Positions 23,054 through 34,508 of a stretch of DNA of 64,000 nucleotides are shown in pieces (within the stretch, counting starts at the first letter, position 1; the number at the start of each line of letters is the position of its first letter). This stretch comes from Phycisphaeraceae bacterium. GTDB lineage: Bacteria; Planctomycetota; Phycisphaerae; Phycisphaerales; Phycisphaeraceae. Position numbers and translations under genes: made by a program. Where the stretch lies: positions 903 to 64,902 of the forward strand of contig JBBDXA010000231.1 of the NCBI GenBank assembly GCA_040902585.1, given 5' to 3'. Below the pieces are notes generated by a model. It saw only the letters and a list, made by a program, of their open reading frames with translations. It had not been told where the DNA came from and searched no databases.

Positions 23054-23935
23054 ATGCAAGCCCATGTGCGATGGAGTGACGATATGCCCATCATGCTCGG
23101 CGATATTAAACTCCAGGTGATCAGCGGGGGGCGCTTCAGGCTTGACGGCGGCGCGATGTTCGGGCTCGTGCCCAAGCCGCTGTGGGAACGCAAGGTCGCG
23201 CCGGACGCACGCAACCGCATCCCGCTGGACACCAACTGCCTGCTGGCGCGGGTCGGTGGTCGCACCGTCCTGATTGACTCGGGTTTCGGCACGAAGCTCA
23301 CCGACAAGCAGAGCGAGATATACGATGTGAATGAGCGCGATGCGCTCGCCTCTCACCTTGCCGGCGCGGGTGTGACACCCGGCAACATCGACTTGGTGGT
23401 GCTGACGCATTTGCATTTCGACCATGCCGGCGGCTGCACGCGACGGAACGACGCCGGTGAACTGACGGTCACGTTTCCCCATGCAAGGCACGTCGTACAG
23501 GCTCGCGAGTGGCAAGACGCCGCCGGCGACGCGCCTGAACTTCGTGGCACCTACGAGAAGGAACATTTCGTGCCGTTGCACGACGCGGGACTGCTCGACA
23601 CGATCGAAGGCGACAGGGAACTGTTGCCCGGTCTTAGCGTTCGGCTGACCAACGGCCACACGGGCGGGCACCAGGCCATCATCCTGGGCCACGGCGACCG
23701 ACGGGCGATCTACCTAGGCGACCTGTGTCCGACCACGGCACACCTGCGGACGTTCTGGTCGATGGGCTACGACCAGTTCCCGCTCGCGCAACGGCGCAGC
23801 AAGCTCGCAGTGCTGGGCGAGGCGGCTGACAAGGGCTGGCTCGTCATCTTTGATCACGATCCGAAGGTGAGAGCCGCGTACCTGCGACGTGACTCGCGCG
23901 AAGAATTCGTGGTGAGGGAATTCGTCACGCTGTGA
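23054..23935 (+). CDS. MBL-fold metallo-hydrolase
   Basis: THLHFDHAGG motif. An alternative start is at 23084 (MPIMLG). Confidence 0.8.
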   Translation: MQAHVRWSDDMPIMLGDIKLQVISGGRFRLDGGAMFGLVPKPLWERKVAPDARNRIPLDTNCLLARVGGRTVLIDSGFGTKLTDKQSEIYDVNERDALASHLAGAGVTPGNIDLVVLTHLHFDHAGGCTRRNDAGELTVTFPHARHVVQAREWQDAAGDAPELRGTYEKEHFVPLHDAGLLDTIEGDRELLPGLSVRLTNGHTGGHQAIILGHGDRRAIYLGDLCPTTAHLRTFWSMGYDQFPLAQRRSKLAVLGEAADKGWLVIFDHDPKVRAAYLRRDSREEFVVREFVTL

Positions 23936-24040
23936 TGGGTGATGCAGGCCCGATGGCTCGACATGCCAAGCCCGATGGCGAGTCCGCGAGCCATCAGGTA
24001 TCGAACGCCCACGGCCGCCGGATACCCCGACGCGAACCGT

Positions 24041-25492
24041 TCATCTCGTTACGAAGGCGTCCACAAAGGCCTCCACCGGCATGCGATCAAGCGCGGCATG
24101 ATCCTCAAACAGATCGAGGAGCCGCGAGCACCGCTCGTCATCGAACCGCGTCGCGATGCTCGCGCGGAATTTCTCCTTCAGCAGCGGCTTCGCCTCCTCC
24201 CTTCGCCGGCGATGACCGATCGGATACTCCACCTCCACTCGCGGCGATGTGCTGCCGTCCTTGAACACGACCTGCACCGCGTTGGCAATCGAACGCTTCC
24301 CCGGATCGAGGTAATCGCGCGAGTAGCGCGGTTCCTCCTTGACGATCAATTTCGCGCGCAGGGCGTCGATGCGCGGGTCGGCGGCTGCGGCGTCTTCGTA
24401 ATGCCCCGCCGTGAGCGTGCCGTGAATCAACGCGATTGCCGTCATGTACTGAAGACAATGATCGCGGTCGGCCGGGTTGTGCAGCGGTCCGGTCTTGCTG
24501 ATGATCCGCACCGCCGACTCCTGCGTGTCGACGAATACGGTCTCGATCGCGTCGAGCCGATCGCGCACCAGTGGGTGAAGTACGAGCGCTGCTTCGACGG
24601 CGGTCTGGGCGTGAAACTCGGCGGGAGACGCGACTTTGAACAGGATGTTCTCCATCACGTAGCTGCCCAGCGGCACATCGATCACGACCGGACGGCCCCG
24701 CATCAACACGTCACAGAAGCCCCAGCGCGGGGCCGACAGTGCCGAGGGATAACCCATCTCGCCCGCGAGCGTGACCAGCGCCAAGCGCACGCCCCGACTG
24801 GTCGCGTCGCCGGCGGCCCAGCTCTTGCGCGGTCCGGCGTTGGGCGCGTGGCGATAGGTCCGCAGCGCGCCGCCGTCGAGCCATGCCTGTGACAAGGCAT
24901 CGATCACCTGTCGTTTCGATCCGCCCAGGAGGCGCGTGACCACCGCGGTCGTCGCGATGCGCACGAGGATGACGTGATCGAGCCCGACGCGGTTGAAGGC
25001 GTTCTCCAATGCCAGGATGCCTTGGATCTCGTACCCCTTGATCATGGCGGTGAGCACGTCGCGCATCGAAAGCGATTCGACTCCCATCGCCGCGCCGCGC
25101 CGGCTCAGGTAGTCGGCCGTCATCAGGATGCCGCCGAGGTTATCCGATGGGTGGCCCCACTCAGCGGCGAGCCAGGTGTCGTTGTAATCAAGCCAGCGGA
25201 TCATCGCGCCGAGGTTGAACGCGGCTTGCACAGGATCGAGCTCGAACGACGTGCCCGGCACGCGCGCTCCGCCCGTCATCGTTGCGCCTTGGACAACCGG
25301 ACCCAGCAGCTTCGTGCATGCGGGATAGTTGAGCGCGAGCATGGCGCAGCCGAGGCTGTCCATCAGGCAGACGCGGGCCGCGGCAAACGCTTCCTCGCTT
25401 TCGATCCCGCCATCGACGACATAGTCGGCGATGTTCACGAGCAGGCGGTCCGGCGGCGGACGATCGGCCGAGGGTGTGTGCGACATGGTCAC
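24041..25492 (-). CDS. prpD: 2-methylcitrate dehydratase (MmgE/PrpD family)
   Basis: 483 aa, PrpD-like N-terminus [20 protein letters not shown]. Overlaps the prpC stop (ATGA-type coupling). Confidence 0.9.
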   Translation of the reverse strand: MTMSHTPSADRPPPDRLLVNIADYVVDGGIESEEAFAAARVCLMDSLGCAMLALNYPACTKLLGPVVQGATMTGGARVPGTSFELDPVQAAFNLGAMIRWLDYNDTWLAAEWGHPSDNLGGILMTADYLSRRGAAMGVESLSMRDVLTAMIKGYEIQGILALENAFNRVGLDHVILVRIATTAVVTRLLGGSKRQVIDALSQAWLDGGALRTYRHAPNAGPRKSWAAGDATSRGVRLALVTLAGEMGYPSALSAPRWGFCDVLMRGRPVVIDVPLGSYVMENILFKVASPAEFHAQTAVEAALVLHPLVRDRLDAIETVFVDTQESAVRIISKTGPLHNPADRDHCLQYMTAIALIHGTLTAGHYEDAAAADPRIDALRAKLIVKEEPRYSRDYLDPGKRSIANAVQVVFKDGSTSPRVEVEYPIGHRRRREEAKPLLKEKFRASIATRFDDERCSRLLDLFEDHAALDRMPVEAFVDAFVTR

Positions 25493-26625
25493 GCTCCGCG
25501 CTGGTCGATCGGGACAAACGGCCGGGGCTTGGGGCCGAAATAGTCCGCGACCGGCCGGATCAGCCGGTTGTCGCCGCGCTGCTCGAGGATGTGCGCCGCC
25601 CAGCCAGCGGTCCGCGCGATGACAAACAGCGGTGTGAACAGCGACGTGGGCACACCCAGCAGGTGATACGCCGACGCGCTGTAGAAATCGAGATTCGGAA
25701 AGAGGCTCTTCTCGCGCTTCATCACGGCGTCGATCCGCTGCGAGACATCGTACAGCTTCATATCACCCGCCTCCTCCGACAGCCGGCGCGACCATTCCTG
25801 AACGATGTCGCTGCGCGGATCGCGCGTGCGATAGACGCGGTGGCCGAAGCCCATGATCTTCTCCTTGCGCTGCAAGGCTTCGAGGATGCCGCGTTCGGCG
25901 GCGTCGGGCGTGTCGAAACGCTGAATGAGCTGCATCGCCTTCTCATTCGCTCCGCCGTGCAGCGGGCCGCGCAGCGTGCCGATCGCGCTGGTGATCGCGG
26001 AGTAGAAATCCGAGAGCGTCGAAGTCGTCACGCGGGCGGCGAACGTCGAGGCGTTGAACTCGTGCTCGGCGTAAAGAATGAGCGACGCATCCATCGCCCG
26101 TTGGTGCCGCGCCGAGGGCGGCCTGTCATGCAGCAGGTGCAGAAAATGACCGGCGATCGTGGCGTCATCCGACTCAACTTCAATCTCCTTGCCCTCGCGA
26201 TGGTGACCCCACCAGTACAGCAGCATCGAGGGAAATACCGCCAGGAGGCGCTCAGCGATTTGCATCGCATCGCGCCCGTCGCCTTCCGGCTCAATGCAGC
26301 CCAGCGCAGAGCAGCCGGTGCGAAGGACATCCATCGGGTGGGTATCGGCGGGCATCGCCAGGAGCACGGCCTTGAGCCGCGCGGGCAGGCCGCGCATCGA
26401 GCGAAGCCGGGCGCGCAGCCCGTCGAGCTCGGCCTGCGTCGGGAGTTCGCCGCGCAGCAGCAGGTGTGCGACCTCCTCGAACGTGGCATGCGCGGCCAGA
26501 TCCTCGATCGAGTAACCGCGATAGGTCAGCCCGGTGCCTTCCTTTCCGACGCAACTCAGCGCGGTCTGCCCCGCGCTGACGCCGGCGAGACCGCGCGTGT
26601 CGGTCTTGTCAGCCTTGTCAGTCAT
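25489..26625 (-). CDS. prpC: 2-methylcitrate synthase / citrate synthase family
   Basis: [13 protein letters not shown] and [13 protein letters not shown] motifs. Confidence 0.9.
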   Translation of the reverse strand: MTDKADKTDTRGLAGVSAGQTALSCVGKEGTGLTYRGYSIEDLAAHATFEEVAHLLLRGELPTQAELDGLRARLRSMRGLPARLKAVLLAMPADTHPMDVLRTGCSALGCIEPEGDGRDAMQIAERLLAVFPSMLLYWWGHHREGKEIEVESDDATIAGHFLHLLHDRPPSARHQRAMDASLILYAEHEFNASTFAARVTTSTLSDFYSAITSAIGTLRGPLHGGANEKAMQLIQRFDTPDAAERGILEALQRKEKIMGFGHRVYRTRDPRSDIVQEWSRRLSEEAGDMKLYDVSQRIDAVMKREKSLFPNLDFYSASAYHLLGVPTSLFTPLFVIARTAGWAAHILEQRGDNRLIRPVADYFGPKPRPFVPIDQRGA

Positions 26626-27521
26626 GGCGCGCCTCCCTGTGTTGTGGGACTCGGCGGCGCGGTCGGTGCGCCCGGCCCGTGCGGGTCGTAGCCGAGCGTG
26701 CGATAGAGCTCCTGGCGCGACTGCATCCGTTCGAGCAGGCTCGCCTGCGTCCCTTCGCTGCGAAGCGTGTGATACACGTCCATCGCCGCCGCGCTCATCG
26801 CGCGGAACGCCGTAAGCGGATAGAGCGCGATCGCCGCGCCCGCGTCGCGCAGCGCCTCCAGCGTGAACAGCGGCGTGCGGCCGAACTCCGTGAGGTTCAC
26901 CAGCACCGGCACGGCCACGGCCTCGGTGAATCGCCTCACCTCGTCCAGCGAACCCAGCGCCTCGGCAAAGATCATGTCCGCACCGGCCTCGACGTAGCGC
27001 TGTGCCCGCGCGACGGCCGCATCGATCCCTTCGACCGACACCGCGTCAGTCCGCGCCATGACGATGAATGACGCATCACGCTTCGCGCTCTGGGCCGCGT
27101 GAACTCGCTCGCCCATCATCTTCACCGAGACGAGTTCCTTGCCCGCCAGGTGCCCGCAGCGCTTGGCGTGATCGACCTGATCCTCGATCTGAAGCCCCGC
27201 CGCGCCCGCTTCCTCCAAGGCTTCAACACATGTCGCCGCGTCGCCGAAGCCCGTATCCGCGTCGACCAGCAGCGGCAGCCCGCTCGCACCGGCGACGCGC
27301 CGCGCGTCCTCGCACACGTCCGCCAGCGTCGTGACGCCCGTGTCAGGCTTACCGAATGAAGCATTCGCGACGCCCGCGCCCGAGAGATAGACCGCGCGGA
27401 AACCCGCCTGGGCGGCGAGCATCGCGCTGTAGGCGTTGATCGCGCCTGCGAGCTGGAGCGGGCGTTCGACCGCCAGCGCCTGCCGCAATCGAAGACCGGG
27501 AGATGTTCCGTGATTCGCCAT
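26622..27521 (-). CDS. prpB: Methylisocitrate lyase
   Basis: Trimmed to [17 protein letters not shown] and KRCGHLAGK (ICL/PEP-mutase family). Confidence 0.88.
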   Translation of the reverse strand: MANHGTSPGLRLRQALAVERPLQLAGAINAYSAMLAAQAGFRAVYLSGAGVANASFGKPDTGVTTLADVCEDARRVAGASGLPLLVDADTGFGDAATCVEALEEAGAAGLQIEDQVDHAKRCGHLAGKELVSVKMMGERVHAAQSAKRDASFIVMARTDAVSVEGIDAAVARAQRYVEAGADMIFAEALGSLDEVRRFTEAVAVPVLVNLTEFGRTPLFTLEALRDAGAAIALYPLTAFRAMSAAAMDVYHTLRSEGTQASLLERMQSRQELYRTLGYDPHGPGAPTAPPSPTTQGGAP

Positions 27522-27584
27522 GAGAGCACCGCTAGGATTGTAGGAGGGCCGCCGCTTCGACGGCACTCTTGCGGAGGACGCGCC

Positions 27585-28358
27585 ATGCAGATCGCGGGCA
27601 ACGCATTTCTTGTGACGGGCGGTGCTTCAGGTCTGGGAGAGGCGACGGCCAGCCGCCTGGCGAAGGCGGGCGGTCGCGTCGTGATCGCCGATGTCAACGA
27701 AGAGGCCGGTCGGCGTCTGGCCTTACATCTGGGCGACACCGCTCGCTTTGCCAAGGCCGACGTCACGCGGGAAGACGACCTGAAGCTCGCCATCACCGCG
27801 GCCGCATCGTTCGCGCCGTCGCGCGGCCTGCGCGGGATCATCTGCTGCGCGGGCATCGCCCCGGCCGCGAAGGTCTTCGGCAAGAAGGGCCCGCATCCCG
27901 CGCAACTTTTCCGACAGGCGATCGAGATCAATCTCGTCGGCACGTTTCACGCCATGACCTTGGCCGCCGCGGCGATGGCGGAGAATGAACCTGATGATGA
28001 CGGCGAGCGCGGCGTGATCATCAACACGGCATCGGTCGCCGCCTTTGAAGGCCAGATCGGACAGATCGCATACGCTGCGAGCAAGGGCGGCGTCGCGGCG
28101 ATGACTCTTCCGGCGGCGCGCGACCTGGCACCCCTGGGCATTCGCGTCGTCGCGATCGCGCCGGGCGTGTTTGATACACCGATGGTCGAAGGCATGCCCG
28201 AGAAAGTGCGCCAGGGGCTCGAAGCGCAGTGCGTGTTTCCACCGCGTCTGGGGCGGGCGGAGGAATATGCGTCGCTGGTGGAGGAGATCATCAGGAACCG
28301 TATGCTCAATGGCGCGGTGCTGCGTCTGGATGGCGCGGTGCGCCTGGCGGCGCGATAG
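27585..28358 (+). CDS. SDR-family 3-hydroxyacyl-CoA dehydrogenase (type-2 / 3-hydroxy-2-methylbutyryl-CoA dehydrogenase-like)
   Basis: Trimmed to [25 protein letters not shown] catalytic motif. Confidence 0.88.
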   Translation: MQIAGNAFLVTGGASGLGEATASRLAKAGGRVVIADVNEEAGRRLALHLGDTARFAKADVTREDDLKLAITAAASFAPSRGLRGIICCAGIAPAAKVFGKKGPHPAQLFRQAIEINLVGTFHAMTLAAAAMAENEPDDDGERGVIINTASVAAFEGQIGQIAYAASKGGVAAMTLPAARDLAPLGIRVVAIAPGVFDTPMVEGMPEKVRQGLEAQCVFPPRLGRAEEYASLVEEIIRNRMLNGAVLRLDGAVRLAAR

Positions 28359-28359
28359 C

Positions 28360-30132
28360 TCAAGCATCGAGCGCTGCCGACGCGGCGGCCAGCAGTGCGT
28401 CATCGTCATTATCGCGCAGCGCGGCCAAGTGCCCGCGCACGCGCCGCGCCGAGGAACGCAGGAAGTGCTCGGCCGTGGCGTGCTCCCGAGGCGGCGGCTG
28501 GCCGTTGCCGGCAGTCTCCGTGAACGCGCCGTCCCACCGGCTCAGGGCGCAGGCCGAGGCGTACAGTTCCATCGCCGCCTCCGCGATACGTTCCTGCACG
28601 AGTTGGCGTTCGAAGATCGACTCGCCGTGGCGAATGAGCATGCGGCGCACGGAGGCTTCGAATCGCTTGATGAGCGTCGCCAGCTCCTTCGCATAGGGCC
28701 GCAGCTCGCCGTGGCGGACAGGCACGTCCGGCGTGTGAAACATGCCGCCGAGCCGCTCCATGCCGAAACGCCACACGGTGCCCGCGCCGCGCAGCGGATG
28801 ATGTAGCGCTTCCCACACGTCACGCAGATGCTCGCCCGGCCCGCGCATGCCCACCAGCGCGACGAACGAGCGCAGCACGTCGTTGGCGCCCTCGCCGATC
28901 TGGTTGATCCGCGCGTCGCGCAGCATGCGCTCCAGCGGCCGGTCGGTGAAGTACGCCGGGCCGCCGTGAATCTGGAACGCGTCGTTCACGATCGTCCAAA
29001 GCGCCTCGGTGGTGAACACCTTCAGCATCGCCGTCTCGAGCATGTAATCCTCGAGGCCGCGATCGATGAGCGAAGCGGTGACGGTGGTCATCGCCTCCAT
29101 CGCGTCGATGTGGGCCGCCATGTTCGCGATCTTCTTTTGCACCAGCTCGAACTCCGCCAGCGGGCGCTGAAACTGCCGGCGTGACTTCGCATGATCGACG
29201 GTCATGCGCAGGCACGCCTTGGCCGCGCCCGTGCAGCAGGCGCCGAATGTCGTGCGGCCGAAGTCGAGTACCGTCAGCGCGACCTTCAGCCCCTTGCCCA
29301 TCGGGCCCAGCACGTTCCCGCGCGGCACGCGCATGTCGTGAAACGCGAGGCGCGATGTGGCCGTGCCGCGGATGCCCAGCTTCTCCATGCGCGCCTCGAC
29401 GACTTCAAATCCGGGCATGTCGGGCGTGACGAGAAACGCGGTGACGCTGGTTTCGCCTTCGCCCTTCTCTGGCGCGGGCGTGCGGGCCATGACGGTCAGC
29501 ACCTGGGCGATGCAGCCGTTGGTGATGTAGCGCTTTTCGCCGTTGAAGATGAAGTGGGAACCATCGGGACTGAGCGTGGCGGTGGTCTGCACGTTGGAGG
29601 CATCAGAGCCGGCCTCGGGCTCGGTCAGGGCGAAGGCCGCGAGGCTCTCGCCCGTCGCGAGCGTCGGCAGCCAGCGCTCTTTCTGCTCCTCGGTGCCGAA
29701 CAGCAGTAGGGCGCGCATGCCGATCGAATGATGGGCGTTGACGAAGACGCTCGTGGATGCGCACGCGCCTCCGATCGCTTCCATCACCCGGCAGTACGCC
29801 TGCTGCGAAAACCCGCGTCCGCCGAAGGCTTCGGGCACGGTCATGCCCAGCACGCCGAGCCGGCCGAGCTCGTCGATCGTCGCGCGAGGAATCTCGGCAA
29901 GCCGGTCGATGACTGCCGGGTCGAGCGATTGCTCTATGAAGTGCCGCACCTGGGCTAGGGCCGCATCGACGCGCACCTGTTCCTCCACGCCGAGGCGCGG
30001 ATAAGGCATCACCCACTCATGCACGAACCTGCCGAAGAACAGGGCCTTGGCGAACCCCAGTTTCTGCGGCCCGGAGAAGAGCAGTTCCTCAGCCTGCTTC
30101 ATCTGTTTCTGTTGGACGGCAATGGCAACCAT
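28360..30132 (-). CDS. Long acyl-CoA dehydrogenase with an extra C-terminal domain (VLCAD/ACAD9-like architecture)
   Basis: Start set at MVAIAVQQ (GGAGGG 9 nt upstream). ACAD middle and C-terminal motifs, plus an extension of about 180 aa. Confidence 0.88.
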   Translation of the reverse strand: MVAIAVQQKQMKQAEELLFSGPQKLGFAKALFFGRFVHEWVMPYPRLGVEEQVRVDAALAQVRHFIEQSLDPAVIDRLAEIPRATIDELGRLGVLGMTVPEAFGGRGFSQQAYCRVMEAIGGACASTSVFVNAHHSIGMRALLLFGTEEQKERWLPTLATGESLAAFALTEPEAGSDASNVQTTATLSPDGSHFIFNGEKRYITNGCIAQVLTVMARTPAPEKGEGETSVTAFLVTPDMPGFEVVEARMEKLGIRGTATSRLAFHDMRVPRGNVLGPMGKGLKVALTVLDFGRTTFGACCTGAAKACLRMTVDHAKSRRQFQRPLAEFELVQKKIANMAAHIDAMEAMTTVTASLIDRGLEDYMLETAMLKVFTTEALWTIVNDAFQIHGGPAYFTDRPLERMLRDARINQIGEGANDVLRSFVALVGMRGPGEHLRDVWEALHHPLRGAGTVWRFGMERLGGMFHTPDVPVRHGELRPYAKELATLIKRFEASVRRMLIRHGESIFERQLVQERIAEAAMELYASACALSRWDGAFTETAGNGQPPPREHATAEHFLRSSARRVRGHLAALRDNDDDALLAAASAALDA

Positions 30133-30200
30133 GCTTAGGCCCTCCGATTGACTATAGGCGCCAGGGGAGACTGGCAAATCACCTTTGAATCGCTCCTGGG

Positions 30201-30977
30201 TTATGGATGCCACACGGGCTCACGCTTCTGGGCAAACGCGGCCATGCCCTCCTTCGCTTCGTCGGATCGCCGCGCCGCCATGTGATGCTCCAAGGCGCGC
30301 TGGAGGTCGTCGTTCAGGTCGCGCGGCCCCAACTCTTCAATGAGTTGCCGGGTGCGCGCGATGGCCTGGGGAGCCCCCTTGAGCACCTGGCGGGCAAGTT
30401 CGAGCGCGGCGGTCAACTGCGTGTCGACGGGGACGACCTGGTTGATCAGACCGATGCGGGCGGCCTCATCGGCCATGATCGATTCACCGGTCAGGAGAAG
30501 TTGCCGTGCCATGCGATCGCCCACCTGTCGCAGGAGAAAATGGAGCACGAGCCCTGCGACGAGGCCGCGCCGGACTTCCGGATAGCCGATGCGCGTGTCC
30601 TGCGCCGCGACAACGAGATCGCAGGCGGACATCAGCCCCGCGCCGCCGGCCATCACCGCGCCGTGGATCGCCGCGATCGTGACCAGCCGCGACTGGTGAA
30701 TTGTTTTGAGCACCCGCGCGACCCGCTGCGCGCCCTTCTCCGCCAGCTCCAGGTCGCGGGCCGCCTCCTTCAGGTCAAGCCCCGCGCAAAAGGAAAGACC
30801 AGCGCCGGCGAGAATCAGCACGCGCGCGGATGCGTCCTTCTCGATCGTCTGCACCGCCCGGCACAGTTCCTCCATGAGCGCGATGCTCAGGGCATTGCGC
30901 TGCTCGGGACGATTGAGCGTCAGGCGGACAACCCCCGGCTCGACTGCCTTCACCTGAACCAGACTCGTCGCGGTCAT
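30201..30977 (-). CDS. Enoyl-CoA hydratase/isomerase (crotonase) family
   Basis: LNRPEQRNALS and ILAGAGLSFCAGLDLKE. The start overlaps the upstream stop (ATGA). Confidence 0.88.
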   Translation of the reverse strand: MTATSLVQVKAVEPGVVRLTLNRPEQRNALSIALMEELCRAVQTIEKDASARVLILAGAGLSFCAGLDLKEAARDLELAEKGAQRVARVLKTIHQSRLVTIAAIHGAVMAGGAGLMSACDLVVAAQDTRIGYPEVRRGLVAGLVLHFLLRQVGDRMARQLLLTGESIMADEAARIGLINQVVPVDTQLTAALELARQVLKGAPQAIARTRQLIEELGPRDLNDDLQRALEHHMAARRSDEAKEGMAAFAQKREPVWHP

Positions 30978-31345
30978 AATGCGGCTCCTGTGGGCTGGTG
31001 GACGGAACGCCCGACGCAAGCGAGCAGCTCGTCGGGTACGTCGATCATCATCTCGAGCAGGGCCTGCCCCAGCGCCTTGCCCTGGGCATCGGTCCGCAGC
31101 GACAGGCTGGCGCCTCCGGCGAGCACGCCGACGAGCACGAAATTCAGCGCCAGGAGATTGGGAAGCTCGTAGCGATCGACGCGGTTCACGGGCAGCGGCG
31201 CGAAGAACATCTGCACCGCCTCAGCCGTCAGCCGGTCGCGCAGCAGGTCGTATGCGACGGCGTTGCGCGCGATCACGCCGACGTTGGCACTGGCACCCTT
31301 GTCGCCGCTACGGGCATGAGCAAGCTGGTACAGAGGGATGATCAT
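30974..31345 (-). CDS. AtuA-associated small protein (AtuA-like ferredoxin-fold C-terminal module as a separate ORF)
   Basis: MIIPLYQLAHARSGDKGASANVGVIARN. ATGA overlaps on both sides. Confidence 0.7.
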   Translation of the reverse strand: MIIPLYQLAHARSGDKGASANVGVIARNAVAYDLLRDRLTAEAVQMFFAPLPVNRVDRYELPNLLALNFVLVGVLAGGASLSLRTDAQGKALGQALLEMMIDVPDELLACVGRSVHQPTGAAL

Positions 31346-32781
31346 CGCGCGACCTCCCGCATGGCACCGGCAGGACGCACTTCGAGCAGTTCGACGATCG
31401 GCTTCACGCGCGCGCGATCGATCAGGCAGGGCCAATACCCGTAGACCTCATGCACGCGCGGCCGGCCTTCGGCGTAGCCGGTCACACCCTGCGGGCCGCA
31501 GGTGACCAGCGGCATGAGCTCGCGCGCGAATTGCTCGACCACTTCGCGCCGCTCGTCCGCGCCACTGAGCCGAAGGACGATCTCGCTGAAGCCGTCCGCA
31601 TCGTTCTCTCGCCGCAGCGACTCCAGCGGCACCGCCCCACCGGAGCCCAGGCACTCAACCAGCCATCGCCGCGGTTGGGCACCGGCGTCGCGCAGACGCG
31701 TCTCGACCACCTCGGCGCATCGCATCGCCTTCGCCAGAGCGTCACGTCCAACGATCGTGAGCGTGCCTGCCGCGCTGTACCCGGCGCGGTACGTCGCGCT
31801 CACCTTCAGCTTCGGCGGCGCTGCCCGGCCCTTCGCGCCGCTGACGCGCACGCGATCGTGGCCTTCGTCATGCACCTCCAACGAAAGGAACGACGCGGTC
31901 ACATCGGGGCTCAGGTACGCATCGGGATCGCCGATCTCGTAGAGCAGTTGCTCCTTCACAATTGATTCGGTCACCCGGCCGCCGGTGGTGCGCGGCTTCG
32001 TGATCACGCACGAGCCGTCGCCGGCCACTTCCGCGATCGGGTAGCCGATGTGGGCCAGATCGGGGACATCGAGCCAGCCGGTGCTGATACCGCCGGTGAC
32101 CTGCGTGCCGCATTCGATGAGATGACCGGCAACGGTTGCACCGGCGATCCGATCGTTTTGATGCAACTGCCAGCGGTGGTGCCAGATGCAGGGTGCGACG
32201 GTCAGGCTCGGATCAGCGACGCGACCGGTGATGATGATGTCCACCCCCTGCCGCAAGGATTCGATGATCGGCGCGGCGCCGAGGTAGACGTTGGCGGTGA
32301 CGAGGCGGTCGCGCACGGTCGCGAGCGGGTCGCCTGATTCCAGATGCTTCAACGCGTCATCGTCTTCGTCACCACTGTCGCGCAGCAGGGGCAACACGTC
32401 ATCGCCGCTGACGATGCCGATGCGCATGCCTTCGCACGCGGGGCCTCCGTGCTCCAGCAGCACGCGGGCGCAAGCCTGGGCACAGGCGCGCGGCGCGAGG
32501 CCGCCGGCGTTGGTGATGACGCGCAAGGGCGCATCGGGCTGCTCGCGCCGTCGCTGCACGAGCAGCGGCGCAAGCAGTGCCATCGCCTCGATAAAGTCCG
32601 CAGGAAAGCCGGCCTGTGCATCGCGAGCCCGCTGCCGCGCAAGGATCGACATCGATACCTCGGCCAGATAATCCATGGTGATCACATCCAGCCGCGGCTC
32701 CTGCGCCGCCAGCTCCGCGGCGGCCGCGATGCGGTCGCCCCAGAATGCCGCCGCGTTGCCGATGCGAATCACATGCTGCAT
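31342..32781 (-). CDS. Acyclic terpene utilisation AtuA-family (DUF1446) protein
   Basis: The track ORF 31342..33330 is over-extended. The real start is MQHVIRIGNAAAFWGDR at 32781, 20 nt after the upstream stop. Confidence 0.8.
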   Translation of the reverse strand: MQHVIRIGNAAAFWGDRIAAAAELAAQEPRLDVITMDYLAEVSMSILARQRARDAQAGFPADFIEAMALLAPLLVQRRREQPDAPLRVITNAGGLAPRACAQACARVLLEHGGPACEGMRIGIVSGDDVLPLLRDSGDEDDDALKHLESGDPLATVRDRLVTANVYLGAAPIIESLRQGVDIIITGRVADPSLTVAPCIWHHRWQLHQNDRIAGATVAGHLIECGTQVTGGISTGWLDVPDLAHIGYPIAEVAGDGSCVITKPRTTGGRVTESIVKEQLLYEIGDPDAYLSPDVTASFLSLEVHDEGHDRVRVSGAKGRAAPPKLKVSATYRAGYSAAGTLTIVGRDALAKAMRCAEVVETRLRDAGAQPRRWLVECLGSGGAVPLESLRRENDADGFSEIVLRLSGADERREVVEQFARELMPLVTCGPQGVTGYAEGRPRVHEVYGYWPCLIDRARVKPIVELLEVRPAGAMREVAR

Positions 32782-32801
32782 GAACTCACCTCGCCTTTCG
32801 G

Positions 32802-34445
32802 TCACACCTGAAGCACGCCCGCGCGGAACCCTCCCGGCGGCGGCGGCCGCTTCACCCAGCCCAGCGCTCGCACGAGCACCTGCCGCGTCGTGTGCGGGGC
32901 GATGATGGCGTCCACCCAGCCGCGGGCCGCGCCGTAGCGGATGTCCGTCTGACGCGCGTAGTCGCGCTCGATCTCCTCGCGCAGGCGGGCGCGGTCTTCG
33001 TCGCTGAGTTGTCCGTCGCCGGCCCGCTTGGCTTGCCGCTCGCGCAATGAAAGCAGCGTTCCCGCGGCCTGCGTGCCGCCCATCACGGCGTACCGGGCAC
33101 CAGGCCAGGCGAGCACCAGATGCGGATCGAACGCCTTGCCGCACAGGGCGTAGTTGCCCGCGCCGAACGACCCGCCGACGATCACCGTCAGCTTGGGCAC
33201 GTTCGCGTTGCTCACCGCGCTGACCAGCTTCGCGCCGCTGCGGATGATGCCCGACTGCTCGGCGCGCTTGCCCACCATGAAACCCACGACATCCTGGAAG
33301 AACACCAGCGGCACGCCGTTCTGGCTGCAATCCATGACGAAGCGCGCGGCCTTGTCGGCGCTGTCGGCGTAGATCACGCCGCCCAACTGCACGCCCTCGG
33401 TGGGCGACTTCACCGGCTCGTGCTGATTCGCAATGACGCCCACCGCGTGCCCGCCGATCGTCGCGTAACCGGTCAAGAGCGATCGCCCGTGTTCAGCCTT
33501 GTATTCGTTGAACGAAGCGCGGTCGATGATGCAGTCGAGCAGATCGTGGGCGTCATAGGCATGCCGGCCGTCGGGGCTGATCATGTCGTACACGTCGTGC
33601 GAGTCGCGCTCGATGTTGATCTCGGACGCCGCCTCCGGCGGGCGCGACAATCGTCCCGCCTTGAAGGAATCGGGCAGCAGCGCAATCAGCGAGCGCAGCC
33701 GATCGAGGCAGGCTTCATCATCCGGCTCGCGGAAGTCGACGGTGCCGCTCACCTGCGCATGCATCGCCGCGCCGCCGAGCGATTCCTCGTCGACCTCCTG
33801 CCCGATCGCCGCCTTCACGAGCGACGGCCCCGCCAGGTAGAGCGCGCTGCCCTCGGTCATGAGCACCTTGTCGCACAGCACGGGCAGGTACGCCCCGCCG
33901 GCGACGCAGTTGCCCATGATCGCGGCGTACTGCGGCACGCCCGCGGCCGAGAGCACCGCGTTGTTGCGGAAGATGCGGCCGAAGTCATCCTCATCCGGAA
34001 AGATCTCGTCCTGCATCGGCAGGAACACGCCGGACGAGTCGACCAGGTAGATGAGAGGAAGATTGCAGCGATGCGCGACACGCTGGGCGCGCAGCACTTT
34101 CTTACACGTCTGCGGAAAGAACGCGCCGGCCTTCACGGTGGCGTCGTTGGCGATGATCATGCAAGGCCGACCGTGGATGTCACCGATGCCGGTCACGACG
34201 CCCGCGGCGGGCACCTGTCCCCACGCATCGTACATGCCCCACGCGGCCCAGAGGTTCACCTCGAAGAAACCGTCCGCGTCATCGAGCAGGCGCGCAATGC
34301 GCTGGCGCGCCGTCAGCCGGCCGAGCTTCTTCTGCCGTGCCTGACCCGCTTCGCCGCCGCCTTCACGCAACGCCGCCTCTTGGGCGATCAGGTCATCCGT
34401 CAGCGTGCGCAGCGCAGCGGGCTGAACAATCGTCTTTGTGGACAT
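32802..34445 (-). CDS. Acyl-CoA carboxylase carboxyltransferase (beta) subunit (MccB/AtuC/PccB-like)
   Basis: 547 aa. IANDATVKAGAFFP, GNCVAGGAYLP, GGSFGAGNYA. Confidence 0.92.
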   Translation of the reverse strand: MSTKTIVQPAALRTLTDDLIAQEAALREGGGEAGQARQKKLGRLTARQRIARLLDDADGFFEVNLWAAWGMYDAWGQVPAAGVVTGIGDIHGRPCMIIANDATVKAGAFFPQTCKKVLRAQRVAHRCNLPLIYLVDSSGVFLPMQDEIFPDEDDFGRIFRNNAVLSAAGVPQYAAIMGNCVAGGAYLPVLCDKVLMTEGSALYLAGPSLVKAAIGQEVDEESLGGAAMHAQVSGTVDFREPDDEACLDRLRSLIALLPDSFKAGRLSRPPEAASEINIERDSHDVYDMISPDGRHAYDAHDLLDCIIDRASFNEYKAEHGRSLLTGYATIGGHAVGVIANQHEPVKSPTEGVQLGGVIYADSADKAARFVMDCSQNGVPLVFFQDVVGFMVGKRAEQSGIIRSGAKLVSAVSNANVPKLTVIVGGSFGAGNYALCGKAFDPHLVLAWPGARYAVMGGTQAAGTLLSLRERQAKRAGDGQLSDEDRARLREEIERDYARQTDIRYGAARGWVDAIIAPHTTRQVLVRALGWVKRPPPPGGFRAGVLQV

Positions 34446-34508
34446 GGTGCCACTCCTGACGACACGTCGTCTGCCCTATCGTAGGAGTGATGATCGCCGC
34501 TGGCAGCG

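Noticed and set aside
31342-33330. 662-aa version of the AtuA-family ORF, extending 183 codons upstream through the carboxyltransferase gene.
   Set aside because: The extension is Arg/Gly/Ala junk that overlaps the well-supported carboxyltransferase CDS. A clean start, MQHVIRIGNAAAFWGDR at 32781, follows the upstream stop by 20 nt.
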